DNA of 54,670 bases, counting the filler, from Jimgerdemannia flammicorona (taxonomy: Eukaryota): assembly GCA_003990765.1 (NCBI GenBank). It is 3 parts of 3 records of this genome, joined end to end, with 100 filler letters (N's around TTAATTAATTAA, not from the genome) between each part and the next. Parts side by side here need not be neighbours in the genome. Positions count along the whole stretch, not along the records: positions 36,516 to 54,670 come from RBNJ01002283.1; 2 more parts are not named here. The stretch is one strand, 5' to 3'. The position numbers were made by a program, and so were the translations under genes. Below, piece by piece: positions 44,580 through 54,670 of the stretch. The stretch's first letter is position 1. Each line of letters opens with the position of its first letter. Below the pieces are notes generated by a model, which was not told the origin of the DNA, ran no database searches, and saw nothing but the letters and a program-made list of their open reading frames with translations.

Positions 44580-47500
44580 ACTCTCCCCATCTTAGCTTTT
44601 AATGTCCTCATTGAGACCTTTTAATTCATTCTAGTATTGTTATACCATTTGGGAGGTCAAAAGTCTGGTAAAGTCCATTTTTCTCAGAAAGTGGTATACT
44701 CATAGTATAGTTGTCTGATGTATTGGATTCACATATTTAAAGGGTTGTGTGTTCAATGCCATATGCCAGAAGTAATTCTGATGTCATTCACTACTGGAGA
44801 ATTTCCTCTAAGAAATCTTCTTAAATTTCTATGCCTTGTTTCCCACCAGGGATATGGGGAGAATAGGCTTGCTTTCAGTTTTGCTATTTTTCCAGAGGGT
44901 CAGTATTCTTTGTCTTGTCTTGCTGAGGTCTTGATTTTATTTGTGATAATTATAATGTTCAGGAGGGTAATATATAGTATGTACTAATAGGTATGGAATA
45001 TTTGGTTTTAGTTGTTCAAGGAATCATATTTCTGAACTAAGTCAGTAGCTTTCTTGAGATTGGTCTTGGGTTCCCAGGTTGTATCATGGATTGGGTAACC
45101 TTTCTATTTGACAAGGTACTCAGGGTGATTCTTGAGACCACGTTTGTTGAGAATTTGTTCAACTTTATATTCTTCTTGGTCATTAATAATGATAGGTACA
45201 GGTGGTTCAGTGGTCTGGCTTGGGAATAGTGCATCATTATTTTCATTGTATTGTTTGAGATATTGAACATTAAAGACTGGGTGGACCTTAATGGTATCTG
45301 GTAGCACTAATTTGTAAGAGGTTGAAGAGACTTGTGCAATGACTTCAAAAGGTCTAATAAATTTGCTGTTTAGCTTTGTAGATGGTCTGTACTTGAGGTT
45401 TTCAACTTGGTATCCTCAGATGTCCAGTAGAACTTTTTCTCTAATGTCAAAGGTTTCTTCTTGGCAGTATTGGTTAACATACTGTGACTATTGTTCTTAA
45501 GCTTGCAATAAATTCTCAATTGCGATCTGGCTTATATTGCATATTCAGAGTAAGAATTCTTCAACAGCTTTAACTGTAGAGAGTTTGTCAGTAGTTTGGA
45601 TAAGTGTCAGAGGGGTGTTTGGATTTTGTCCTGTATTGGCAAAGAATGGGGTCATTCTAAGAGAGGCTTGCTTGCTGTTATTATAGGCAAACTTGACTGC
45701 AGTGAGGTGTTCATACCAATCATCTTGTCAATAGGAAACTAGTTCCTTAGCATTTGTTCCAGAGTTCAGTTCATTCTTTTGGTTTGGCCATAGTTTCAGG
45801 GTAAAAGACTGTGGTTAGTGCAAGGTTCATTCCGAGGTATGCATGGAGGGCTTTCCAAAAGTGGCTGGTGAATTTTGGGTCTCAATTATTAACAATGATC
45901 TTAAGAAGATCATGATAGTAGAATATGTTGTCAAACAAGAGTGTGGCTATATCTGGTGCTGTTGCAGTAGTAGTAGTTGGTATGAAGTGGGCTTGCTTGC
46001 TGATATCGTCCACGAAGACAACAATTGCATCTTTCTCATTCTTAGTTTTGGGTAGTTGTACAATGAAGTCCATTGAGATTTATTCTCAATTAGCAGATGG
46101 TACTGAGATAGAGTATAGTAAGCCAGGTTTTGCTAGTGTTGAGGACTTGTTGCATTGGCAGATATCACAGGAAGTGATATAGATCTTTAGCTGATCTGCC
46201 ATGTGGGGCCAATAGAAGTTTTAGGAGATAACTTCATAGCATTTGTCAAATCCTAAATGTCCAGCTGTAGGGGCATCATGACATTTGAACAGAATTGTCC
46301 TCCAGAGATCTTGGTTGTTTGGGACATACAGTCTGTCCTTATAGTAGATAGTATTATCCTTGAGTTGGTATTGGTTGTACTGAGTATATTTGTCAGCATC
46401 ATCACTGCTTAGGATTCCTTAGAGTGCTTGGGCTTCTTTATCATCAGTATATGCTGTGATAATTTATTCCATGATAGAGTTTGTAATCAAGGTGAGAGTT
46501 TGAATAACTTCTTTGATTAGTGGTCTGGAGATTACATCAGCAATGATATTTTTCTTACTAGGGCAATACTGAATTTCATAGTCAAAGTTGGTGAGGACTT
46601 TCATCCATCTGGCTTGCTTTTGAGAAAGGGTAGCCTGGGTCTTGATATTGACTAATGACTTATGGTCAGTCAATATAGTAAAGTGTGCTTCTTCTAAGTA
46701 TAGTCGCCATTTGATCAGAGTGTCTACAATGGCTAGCATTTCCTTCTCGTGGGTTACATAGTTGATTTCAGCATCATTGAACTTGCAAGAATGATAGACC
46801 ATAGGGTGTCCTTCTTGCATAAGCACTGCTCCAATAGCTAGATCAGAGGTATTAGTAGTAACTTTGTATAATAGAGCAGGGTTTGCCACTTGAAGTACTG
46901 GAGTGGTTATCAAGGTATCCTTCAGTGCTTGAAAGGTGATATCTTGCTCAGGTCTCCAATTTATAAGATTATTGAAGTCTTTCTCTTGTTTTGTGATCCA
47001 GGGCTGTTCTTCTTTCTTGCTGTACTTGGTCATTTGAGTGAGGGCAGTGGCGATTTTGGTGAAGTTGATAACAAATTGCCTATAATAGTTTGCTAATCTC
47101 AGGAATGACTAGAGGTCTTTCAGCTTCTTGGGTCTGGGCCAATCTTTGATTGCAGGGATTTTGCTGGGGTCTACTTTGATTCTATTTGGCATGACAATGT
47201 ATCTAAGGAATTAAATTTCTTTCAAGAGAAATTCACACTTGCTGAGTTTTGCAAAGAGTTAGTTTTCTCAGAGTTTCAGTAGTACTCATTCAAGGTGTTC
47301 AAGGTGTTCCTCCAGGGTTTTGCTGAAGACTAGGATGTCGTCAATGTAGACAACAACAAATTTGTCTAGGTATGGGTACAGGATGGTGTTCATCAGTGTC
47401 TGAAAGGTTGCAGGAGCATTAGTTAAGCCAAAAGGCATAACTGGGAACTCAAAGTATCTATAATGAGTTTGGAAGGCTGTCTTTTAGGTGTCTTCTTCTT

Positions 47501-49991
47501 TCATGGCAATTTGCCAGTAATCATTTCACAGGTCAAAAGAGCTCATAAATTGTAGATTGGTGAGTCTATTGAATATTTTGTTGATTCTGGATAGTGGGCA
47601 ACAGTTCTTGATGGTCTGTTCATTGAGGTTACAGTAATCAATACATATTTGCAGGTCTCCTCCTTTCTTTACAATGAAGAGGACTGGTGCACCATAGAGT
47701 GATACACTTGGTCTGATAAATCCTAGTTCTATGAGTTTGTCAATTTCTTTCTTAAGTACATCAATTTCTCTCAGAGACATATGGTAGATTGACTTGAAGG
47801 CTGGCTTGGTATCTGAAATAGTCTTGATGGCATAGTCTACTGCTTGTTTAGGTGGTAGGCCTTTTGGAAGCTTCTTCAGGAATATGTCTCAGAATTTCTG
47901 GAGTAAGGGTCTAACATGGCTGTCGACTTTGGAAAAGTCTTCTTCAGAATTCTCAGGTTCTCCTTTAGATGAGTGGATGGAGATAGCGAAGAGAGGGCAT
48001 TTCTTGGCCAATTTCTTGAGCTGTAGTTTGTTGATATTTGTGATCTTTGGTCCAGGGTCACTAGGGCTGAGTGGGTCCTTTTTGCCTTACAGTTTGAAGT
48101 TGTGGCATCCTTTCTTGATGATTAGAGAATGGTTTACCCAATCGATTATGGGGTTCTCTTGTTTTAACCATAGAGTCTCAAGAATGAATTCATTATCATG
48201 GAGTGGTATGATCTGGAAGGTAATATGTACTTGGTAGTCACTAATTCAGAAGGGCAGATTGTGGACTTCCTTACTAATAACATGTGAGGTTCCATCAGCT
48301 GTGGCAACTGCTTGAGTTTGTTGTACCAAAGAGGTGAAGATCTTGAGTCTGTTGGCTGTTTCTTCATTAATGAAGTTGCCTGAGGTACCACTGTTTATCA
48401 TAATCTTAACAGGTGCTCAATTGACAAAAGTTTGAAGTGTAAGCAGTTTGTCTGATACAATGGTAGTGATTTTGGTTGTAGAAGCTTTTCTTCTATTGGT
48501 TCTTCTTTGAGCCAGTTTGTTGATACAAGAGAAGCAATTATCAATTATTTGAGAAGAGTACATCTCAATGCTATGGGGACATCAGCCACTTGGTACATAT
48601 CCATCTTTGATCTTCTTATAGAATTGTTCTTCTTTATTCATAGTAGGTTGAGCTGGGGCCTTGTTTGATGAGCGAAATCCTTTGGACCCTCAGATGGTGA
48701 GCAGTAGTTCAGGAACTTCCTTGACTGTCATGGTTGACTGGATTTTTTCAAATAGGATCTGAGTAATACAGAAACTAATGGAGATCTTGAAGGGTGTCCT
48801 ACTGTAGTTTCGGATAAGAACAATAATTTTGTCTGTGTAATCTTCATCAATGACTCCTCCTTCTACTGAGAGTCCTTTTAATACTAGGCTGCTGTGACAG
48901 CATATTCTTCCAATATGTCCTTCAGGGATTTAGATACTGATTCCTATATAGACTTGCTTGACTTCTCAGTCAGAAACTGTAGCTTCTTTGGCTGTATACA
49001 GATCATATCCAGCTGCCTTTTGACTTCCTTTAGTTGGGGCCTTAGCAGTTTGTCTTAACTTGACAAAGTCCAGTGTTCTGGTGGTCAGGTTATTGAGGTA
49101 GTGCAGAGTAGTAACAGTTGCTCATGTTGCTGTTCAGGGTTTTCAGTTGGGGCAGGCACTGGTCATGTGTCCTGACTTTCAGCAATAGAAGTATGCTCCA
49201 CTTCTTCAAAGTTCATTTTTTCTCCTTCAGTGAGTTTCTTAAAGGTGCTCGGCTAGGTGGGTTCATGATTTCTGAATGTCCAAGAGGTGGATGTGGAGGG
49301 AGCTTGGGATGCTTCATGCTTGGGTTCTTCTTTCTTAGTCCAAGTTTTTTCCTTATTGTTAAATTGTCTTTAGGGCAGAATTGGTCCAGCTGTTAGGATT
49401 CACTTGACCATAGTCTTGATTCTTGCCAGGCACTATTGTTGGTGATCACAACCAACTGAGTAGCCTTGTTCTCAAATTTTTCTAGTAAGCCATTCAGGTA
49501 GGGCATTGAATCAATAGTCTGCTCTTATATCATTTTGTGCTTCATCATTAGCAATATATCCTAGGCCAACAGTATTCAGAAGTGACTTGCTGTATATATC
49601 AAATTTGAGGTTGCAGAGCTTTACTCAAGATTTGGCAATCATGGTTTTACTGCAGTATTGAGCAATCATGAGTTGTATCAGTCCAGGAGCTACAGGATGG
49701 GCTTCATATCCTGGGGCATTATTTGCTGTATTCTGAGCAACTACTGCAGGTTGGGTGTCCCATGTGAGGGGTTTTTCAGGAAGAGTTCACCACCATTCTT
49801 CGGCAGGTCCTCAGAAGAATGTAACAACTCAGTGGACATAGGCCATAGTAGTAGCAAAGAGTTGTTCCAGAGTGTGGTCTTGATTATTTATCAGAAGGCA
49901 ATCAGCAACTCACTCATTTGTCCATCGATTGGCTTCAAAGTTGATTTCAACTATACTAATGAAGCTTTGGACTTCTTGTGCAGTACCATTG
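44580..49991 (-). mobile_element. Chromovirus copy C internal region (PPT, chromodomain, integrase, RNase H, RT, PR, dUTPase, partial gag)
   Basis: Colinear with 10313-15545. More stops than copy B. Gag is cut at 49991 by a copia LTR. Confidence 0.94.
48665..49075 (-). pseudogene. dUTPase (copy C)
   Basis: KAAGYDLYTA...CHSSLVLKGLSVEGGVIDEDYTD...GSKGFRSS. Confidence 0.9.
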
Positions 49992-50747
49992 TATTGTGAA
50001 CTCAGGAGGAATAGGAAGGATGAGAGAAGAAGAATGTTTATTGATCACCTAATGTTACATGCTTTTATGTGATTATTGATGATGTCACCCCAATGCCACT
50101 GCGCCACAAATTATCTATATTGAGTGCTATATCAAGTTGGAATCTGTAATCTCAACACTCCCGCTCAACGAGATAAAGATTGCAAATGCAAATAAAACTG
50201 ATCAATCTCCAGCTAAGTTAAGCAGAAAACAAAACATTGCCAAAGGGATACTATCTAGATGACCAAAAAAGGTTGAAATTCCCTACTTATAAGCATAAAA
50301 ATACATAAGAGAAGTAGTGAAAAAATGGAAATCCTGAGCAATGTTATAGGTTTCCATTACAAATATTTGCTGTAACACTCATTCTACCCATCGTTTCACT
50401 GTAATATTTATTTTTACCCATTGTTCACCATTATTTGCTCGTCGCTCGTCATTATACCCATTCCTTGCACACAAAAATCAAACTTTGCCTTTGGAAGGGC
50501 CTTCATTAGTGAATCTGCTGCCATTTGCTCCGTAGGGGTGTATAACAGGCATATAGCCTTGTTATCAATGCATTCTCATATGTAATGGTGCTGTATATCG
50601 ATATGCTTGGTCTTTGCATGATATATAGAATTTTTTACCAAAGCAATGGTGGATTGGTTATCCTGTCATATAGTCATAGATTCTTGAGGGAATCCCAGAT
50701 TCTTTAGCAGTTCACGAAGCCAGATGGTCTCCTTCATCGCCTCCAAG
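49992..50747 (-). mobile_element. Ty1/copia 3' fragment: RNase H (50450-50747), PPT (50158-50168), ~166-bp LTR (49992-50157)
   Basis: KETIWLRELL...QDNQSTIALVKN..YHAKTKHIDIQHHYI...TEQMAADSLMKALP is typical copia RNase H. Minus strand TTGAGCGGGAG|TGTTGAG. Confidence 0.9.
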
Positions 50748-52865
50748 TCTTTTCCTTGTTGTTAAATTATCTTCATGGCAGAATTGGTCCTGCTGTTAGG
50801 ATTCGCTTGACCATAGTCTTGATTCTTGCCAGGCACCATTGTTGGCGGTCACAACCAACTGGGCAGCCTTGTTCTCAGATTTTTCTAGTGAGCCATTCAG
50901 GCAGGGCATTGAATAAATAGTCTGCTCTTGTACCATTTCATGCTTCATTGTTGGCAATGTATCCTAGGCCAACAGTGTTCAGGAGTGACTCGAGCTTTGT
51001 ACAGAAGGTTTCAAATTCTTCTTTGCCATTTACATCGAATTTGAGGTTGTGGAGTTTTACTCAAGATTTGGCAATTATGGTTTCGCTGTAGTATTGAGCA
51101 ATCATGAGTTGTTTGAGTCCAGGGGCTGCAGGATGGGCTCTATATTCTGGGGCATTGTTTGCTGTATTCTGGGCAACTACTGCAGGTCAGATATCCCATG
51201 TGAGGGGTTTTTCAGGAAGAGTTCACCACCATTCTTTGGCAGGTCCTTGGAAGAATGTAACAACTCGGCAGACATAGGCTGTAGTTGTAGCAAAGAGTTG
51301 TTCCAGAGTGTGGTCTTGATTATTTGTCAGAATGCAGTCAGCAACTCGCTCATTGGTCCATTGATTGGCTTCAAAGTTAGTGTCAACTACACTAATGAAG
51401 CTTTGAACTTCTTGTGCAGTACCATTGAAGGTAGGTAGGCTCAGATTTTTGGTAGGTTGGGTCTGTTCAGCTAAGGCAGTAATGGTTGCTGCCATTATGG
51501 CTACCTGGGCTGTGAGGTCTAGAATCTGTTGGTTCACCATGTTGTTTACTAGAGGCGGTTGGACTGCTGGTAGTAGTGTTACTGGTACTACTTAAGGTAC
51601 TGGTGCAGAGTGTGATGGGGTTCTTTGGGTCTGTGTAAGTTGCTGGAGTAGTAGTTGTGAGTCTGGAGTGAGGGCTTGATAGATAACTGTTTGTTGTTGA
51701 GTAGGTGTATTCTGTCCTGATGGAGGTACTTCTCCTTCGGTGGTATATCCGAGATCGAATTCAGTGAGATACTCCTCCTCCTCTTAAGTTTGGTCCCTGT
51801 GTAATTGGGTTTGCTCGGCGTCAAAGTAGATGGAATCAGTTGTATATCTGATTTCAGATGGACTTAATTCAAAGTCAAGTTCAGGTTCAGTATTGGTTTC
51901 AGATTCAGATTCAGCTGTAGCAGGGCCTGCTTCAGGTTCAGGGTCAGGTAATTGATGAAGGGTTTCTCTTGCTTCTTCTTTAAGGATATGTATGGTGGGC
52001 CTTGCTGTTCTGGAATCAGTAGTATAAGGCGGTCTTGGTCCTGGTGCGGTGAAAGTCAGTAGAGTTGAGCCACTTGGCTACAGAGGCTTGGGCTTCATGA
52101 GGAACTAAGGCTACAAAGACTGCTGCTGGTTGTCCTAGGTCGCTTGGATTTGTGGAGCTGACAAAACTCTTATTGAGAAGAGTAAAGAAGGCTTCAATAA
52201 GACCTTCTTCATCTTGACTTACTGGGTGTAGTGCAAGGAGTTCAGTGAATAGAGTTTCACCTATTTGCTGGTTTAACCGGAGTACTTCTTTCTTAGAATG
52301 AAGTTTGTCCCACTTGTTGCAGGTATAGAGGTCAAATTGTCCTTGTATGTCAGGTTCAATTCTCTCCAGATTGTTAGATGGTTCAGGATAAATTCCAGTT
52401 CAGAGGTTGGGCTTTATACCAACTTGTAGGAATTTCTCAGAAGGGTTTGTAGCAGGGTGAGGAAGCGTCTTGAAGCAGAATTGGATTGTAAACCGCTGCT
52501 ACCAAGTTGTAAGAGGGTTGCTTTTTTAGAGTAACCATTATGTAGTTCTGGAAAGGTTTTCTGGATATTCTGGATGTTCTGGAAGACCATTTTCTTATGG
52601 TCAAGATCAATTTTGTATGGAGTACGTCCTCTATGCTTATTGATTTCAAGATCATGTTGATGTCTCAACCAAAGTCCTTTTTGGACTAGTTCTGGATGTT
52701 CAGGATTTTCCACATTTCAGGAAGTTCAAGAAACTAAGACAAGCTTAGTTGAATTGGTATATCGCTGCAGACAATACCCAATTAGGAAATTTAGTGATGG
52801 GGTTAGAAGTAGGACCTAACAAGGAGTGGATTTACTTAAGAGTGGTTTGTGGGTTATTGAATAGG

Positions 52866-52994
52866 TTTATTTGCTATTCATGATATTGCTATACTAGGAG
52901 TAGTTGTGTGAAGGGATATTGTGGAGAAGTATTCAGGAATGTTCTTGTGTGTTCGAGTCTGAGATTCTGAGGTCTGGGAGAGGGGGTATTTATA
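52866..52994 (-). promoter_or_regulatory. LTR TATA box (TATAAA, 52994-52989) and poly(A) signal (AATAAA, 52871-52866)
   Basis: Both are conserved at the equivalent positions of the LTRs at ~8870/8750 and ~17115/16982, and their order fits U3-R-U5. Confidence 0.7.
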
Positions 52995-53183
52995 CTAGTG
53001 AGGGGCTATCTGAACTATGCTAGATATGGATGTAGCACTAAGTGCCTTGCTGAGTCAGAATGCAGTCATATAGTATAAGTGTGATCTGACATGTCAAGAG
53101 ATCATCTGACTGCTGAGTCAGTTCACAGTCACGTTGTACAAGGCTAATCTAACTATATTATGACTGCTAGGCTATTTATGGGT

Positions 53184-54281
53184 TTAGGCGCTGTCTGGGT
53201 AGTCCTCGATGACATCACCATCAATTGCATCATCTCTGATGAAGTAGTCATCTAGGAATAATGGTTCGCGGATTACTTCTCCTTGTTTGCTGAGGTAATA
53301 ATACATTGGAACTTCGTCTTCATCCCACAGAGTAGCATCGTCTGTCTTGTACACTGGATAATGTGTTGGTGGGTGAAGGATGGGTATATTGTCTTCACTT
53401 TCATTGGATTCGCTGTCTGCGTACCTTCTATAGGTTACGGCACTGTGAGTTGCAGGGTTATAGTATGCTGGCAGCTGTGGTTCATGTTGCTCATACTCAG
53501 GTGGTAAAGTGGTTGGTTCAATCTTGAGAGTTGTCTGGAGGTACAGGTTGTGTTCTCTGGTCTCTTTGTTGTAGTTGAAGTAATCGGGGGTAAATGTGGG
53601 TTGGTATTCGTACCAGTGGTCATTGTCCCAATAAGTCTCGTATGCAGTTATGAACTGTTGTAAGTTCATCAGCAAGGTTGGCGGAGTGATCAGGGTTGGC
53701 AGAGATCCTTGGCTAGAGGTCATGTCAGCATCAGAGGGATTATTGTCTTCTGCTTTATCTTCATCGAAGTGGATTATATCGTAGATGTCCTTCATGGCAT
53801 ATCCAACTTGGGGCATTTGCAGGATATGATCATTGGGATGTGAGAAGGTTCTGTCTGTGGTTTCAACATACTCAAGATACTTGTGGTTGAGTTCTTGTAT
53901 CATATCATCGATTTGGCCATAGGACAGGATAGCGACCATTTCGCTGGTAGTAACTCAGAGGTGGGGAATAAAGATGCTGTACTTGTAGAAGAGTTCTCAA
54001 TGTTTGGGGGCAATGAGCTTCTAGTGTTGAGACATCTGGGTAATGTCTGTATCATGGTAGTGTTCGATTATGTCTTCCAGGAGGTGGCTGATCTGGTAGT
54101 AGCTTGAGATTTGTCCAATTCGGTGGGCCTCGCTAAGTATGTTCAGAGCATTCCATCGGGCTTCCACAAAGTAGAGGGGTGCCAGGCTATGGATATTCAT
54201 GAGGGGCAGAGGGGGTGTGGCTCAGTTGACAATGGCATTCCAAATGTCAGCGCAGATACGGTTGTAGATCTTGGTGGTCAT
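53184..54281 (-). pseudogene. LTR U3-encoded ORF of unknown function (~365 aa reconstructed; open part 53184..53939)
   Basis: In-frame ATG at 54281. The four intervening stops are TGA/TAG, and three are CGA/CAG sense codons in the copy at 9067-10061. Confidence 0.78.
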
Positions 54282-54670
54282 ATTTGTGTATTTGGAAGTT
54301 TTTGTTTGTTTTGGTTCTCTGTTTCAATGCATCTCGGTGCTCAGTATGTATACATTTGGTCCTGATTGGTAAGATTCCGTTTGTGTAAATCTTGTGTTCT
54401 GTGACTTTGTATTGACTCAGCTTTGTCCACTGTGACTTCGGTTTGACTCAGCTTCGTGATCAAGCAGGTGATTTCCAGATTTGTTCAGAGCTCACGTGTG
54501 ATTTCAGTGGCTTGTTCAGAGGGTGATGTGTAATTTCGGTGGCTTGGAGGTTGTGTACTTACACTTCCTATATTCTAATAACTTACTATATTTTAACTTT
54601 TGGTTTTCTGCTTTCTTAATGACCAACTATATTCTGATGACCTATTAGCCCACCCATATCCTGATGAACT

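Larger units (their letters stand above)
50742..54563 (-). mobile_element. Chromovirus copy D: complete 5' LTR, PBS (52493-52504) and partial gag
   Basis: Colinear with 14860-17872. MVNQQILDLTAQV gag ORF at 51223..51540. Confidence 0.94.
52508..54563 (-). repeat. Complete 2056-bp LTR (copy D)
   Basis: TGTAAG at 52508 and CTTACA ending 54563 (6-bp terminal inverted repeat). PBS adjacent. Confidence 0.93.

Noticed and set aside
53184..54281. U3 ORF as an env gene
   Set aside because: No signal peptide, transmembrane segment or furin site is visible, and it lies inside the LTR rather than between pol and the PPT.
44119..54563. Copies C and D as one single intact element
   Set aside because: The gag region is present twice with independent mutations, and the LTR interiors differ.

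Overview
A eukaryotic, almost certainly fungal, region made up mostly of decayed transposons. It consists of three contigs joined by artificial N44-TTAATTAATTAA-N44 spacers (18160-18259, 36416-36515), so adjacency across those points is unverified. The only intact host gene is a 5-exon GH18 chitinase (minus strand, 28319-26367, 527 aa) with two C-terminal CBM5/12 domains, lying in a CpG-rich island. The rest is nested, C>T/G>A-mutated mobile DNA. (1) Five pieces of an L1/Tx1-like LINE group. (2) Three copies of a chromodomain-bearing Ty3/Gypsy element with ~2 kb LTRs (TGTAAG...CTTACA), a tRNA-iMet-type PBS, a PPT and dUTPase between Gag and protease. (3) Three further Gypsy relics, two of which carry dUTPase between protease and RT. 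(4) A Ty1/copia 3' fragment. (5) A Tc1/mariner transposase that ends directly in poly(A). (6) A hAT-type MITE with an 8-bp TSD. (7) A ~1.15 kb non-coding retroposon. The most notable result is that the chromovirus LTR U3 encodes a reconstructable ~365-aa ORF with its own promoter-like motifs. A sister copy, once an intervening LINE is removed via its TSD, carries a different U3 interior between the same LTR borders. This suggests an exchangeable cargo cassette inside the LTR.
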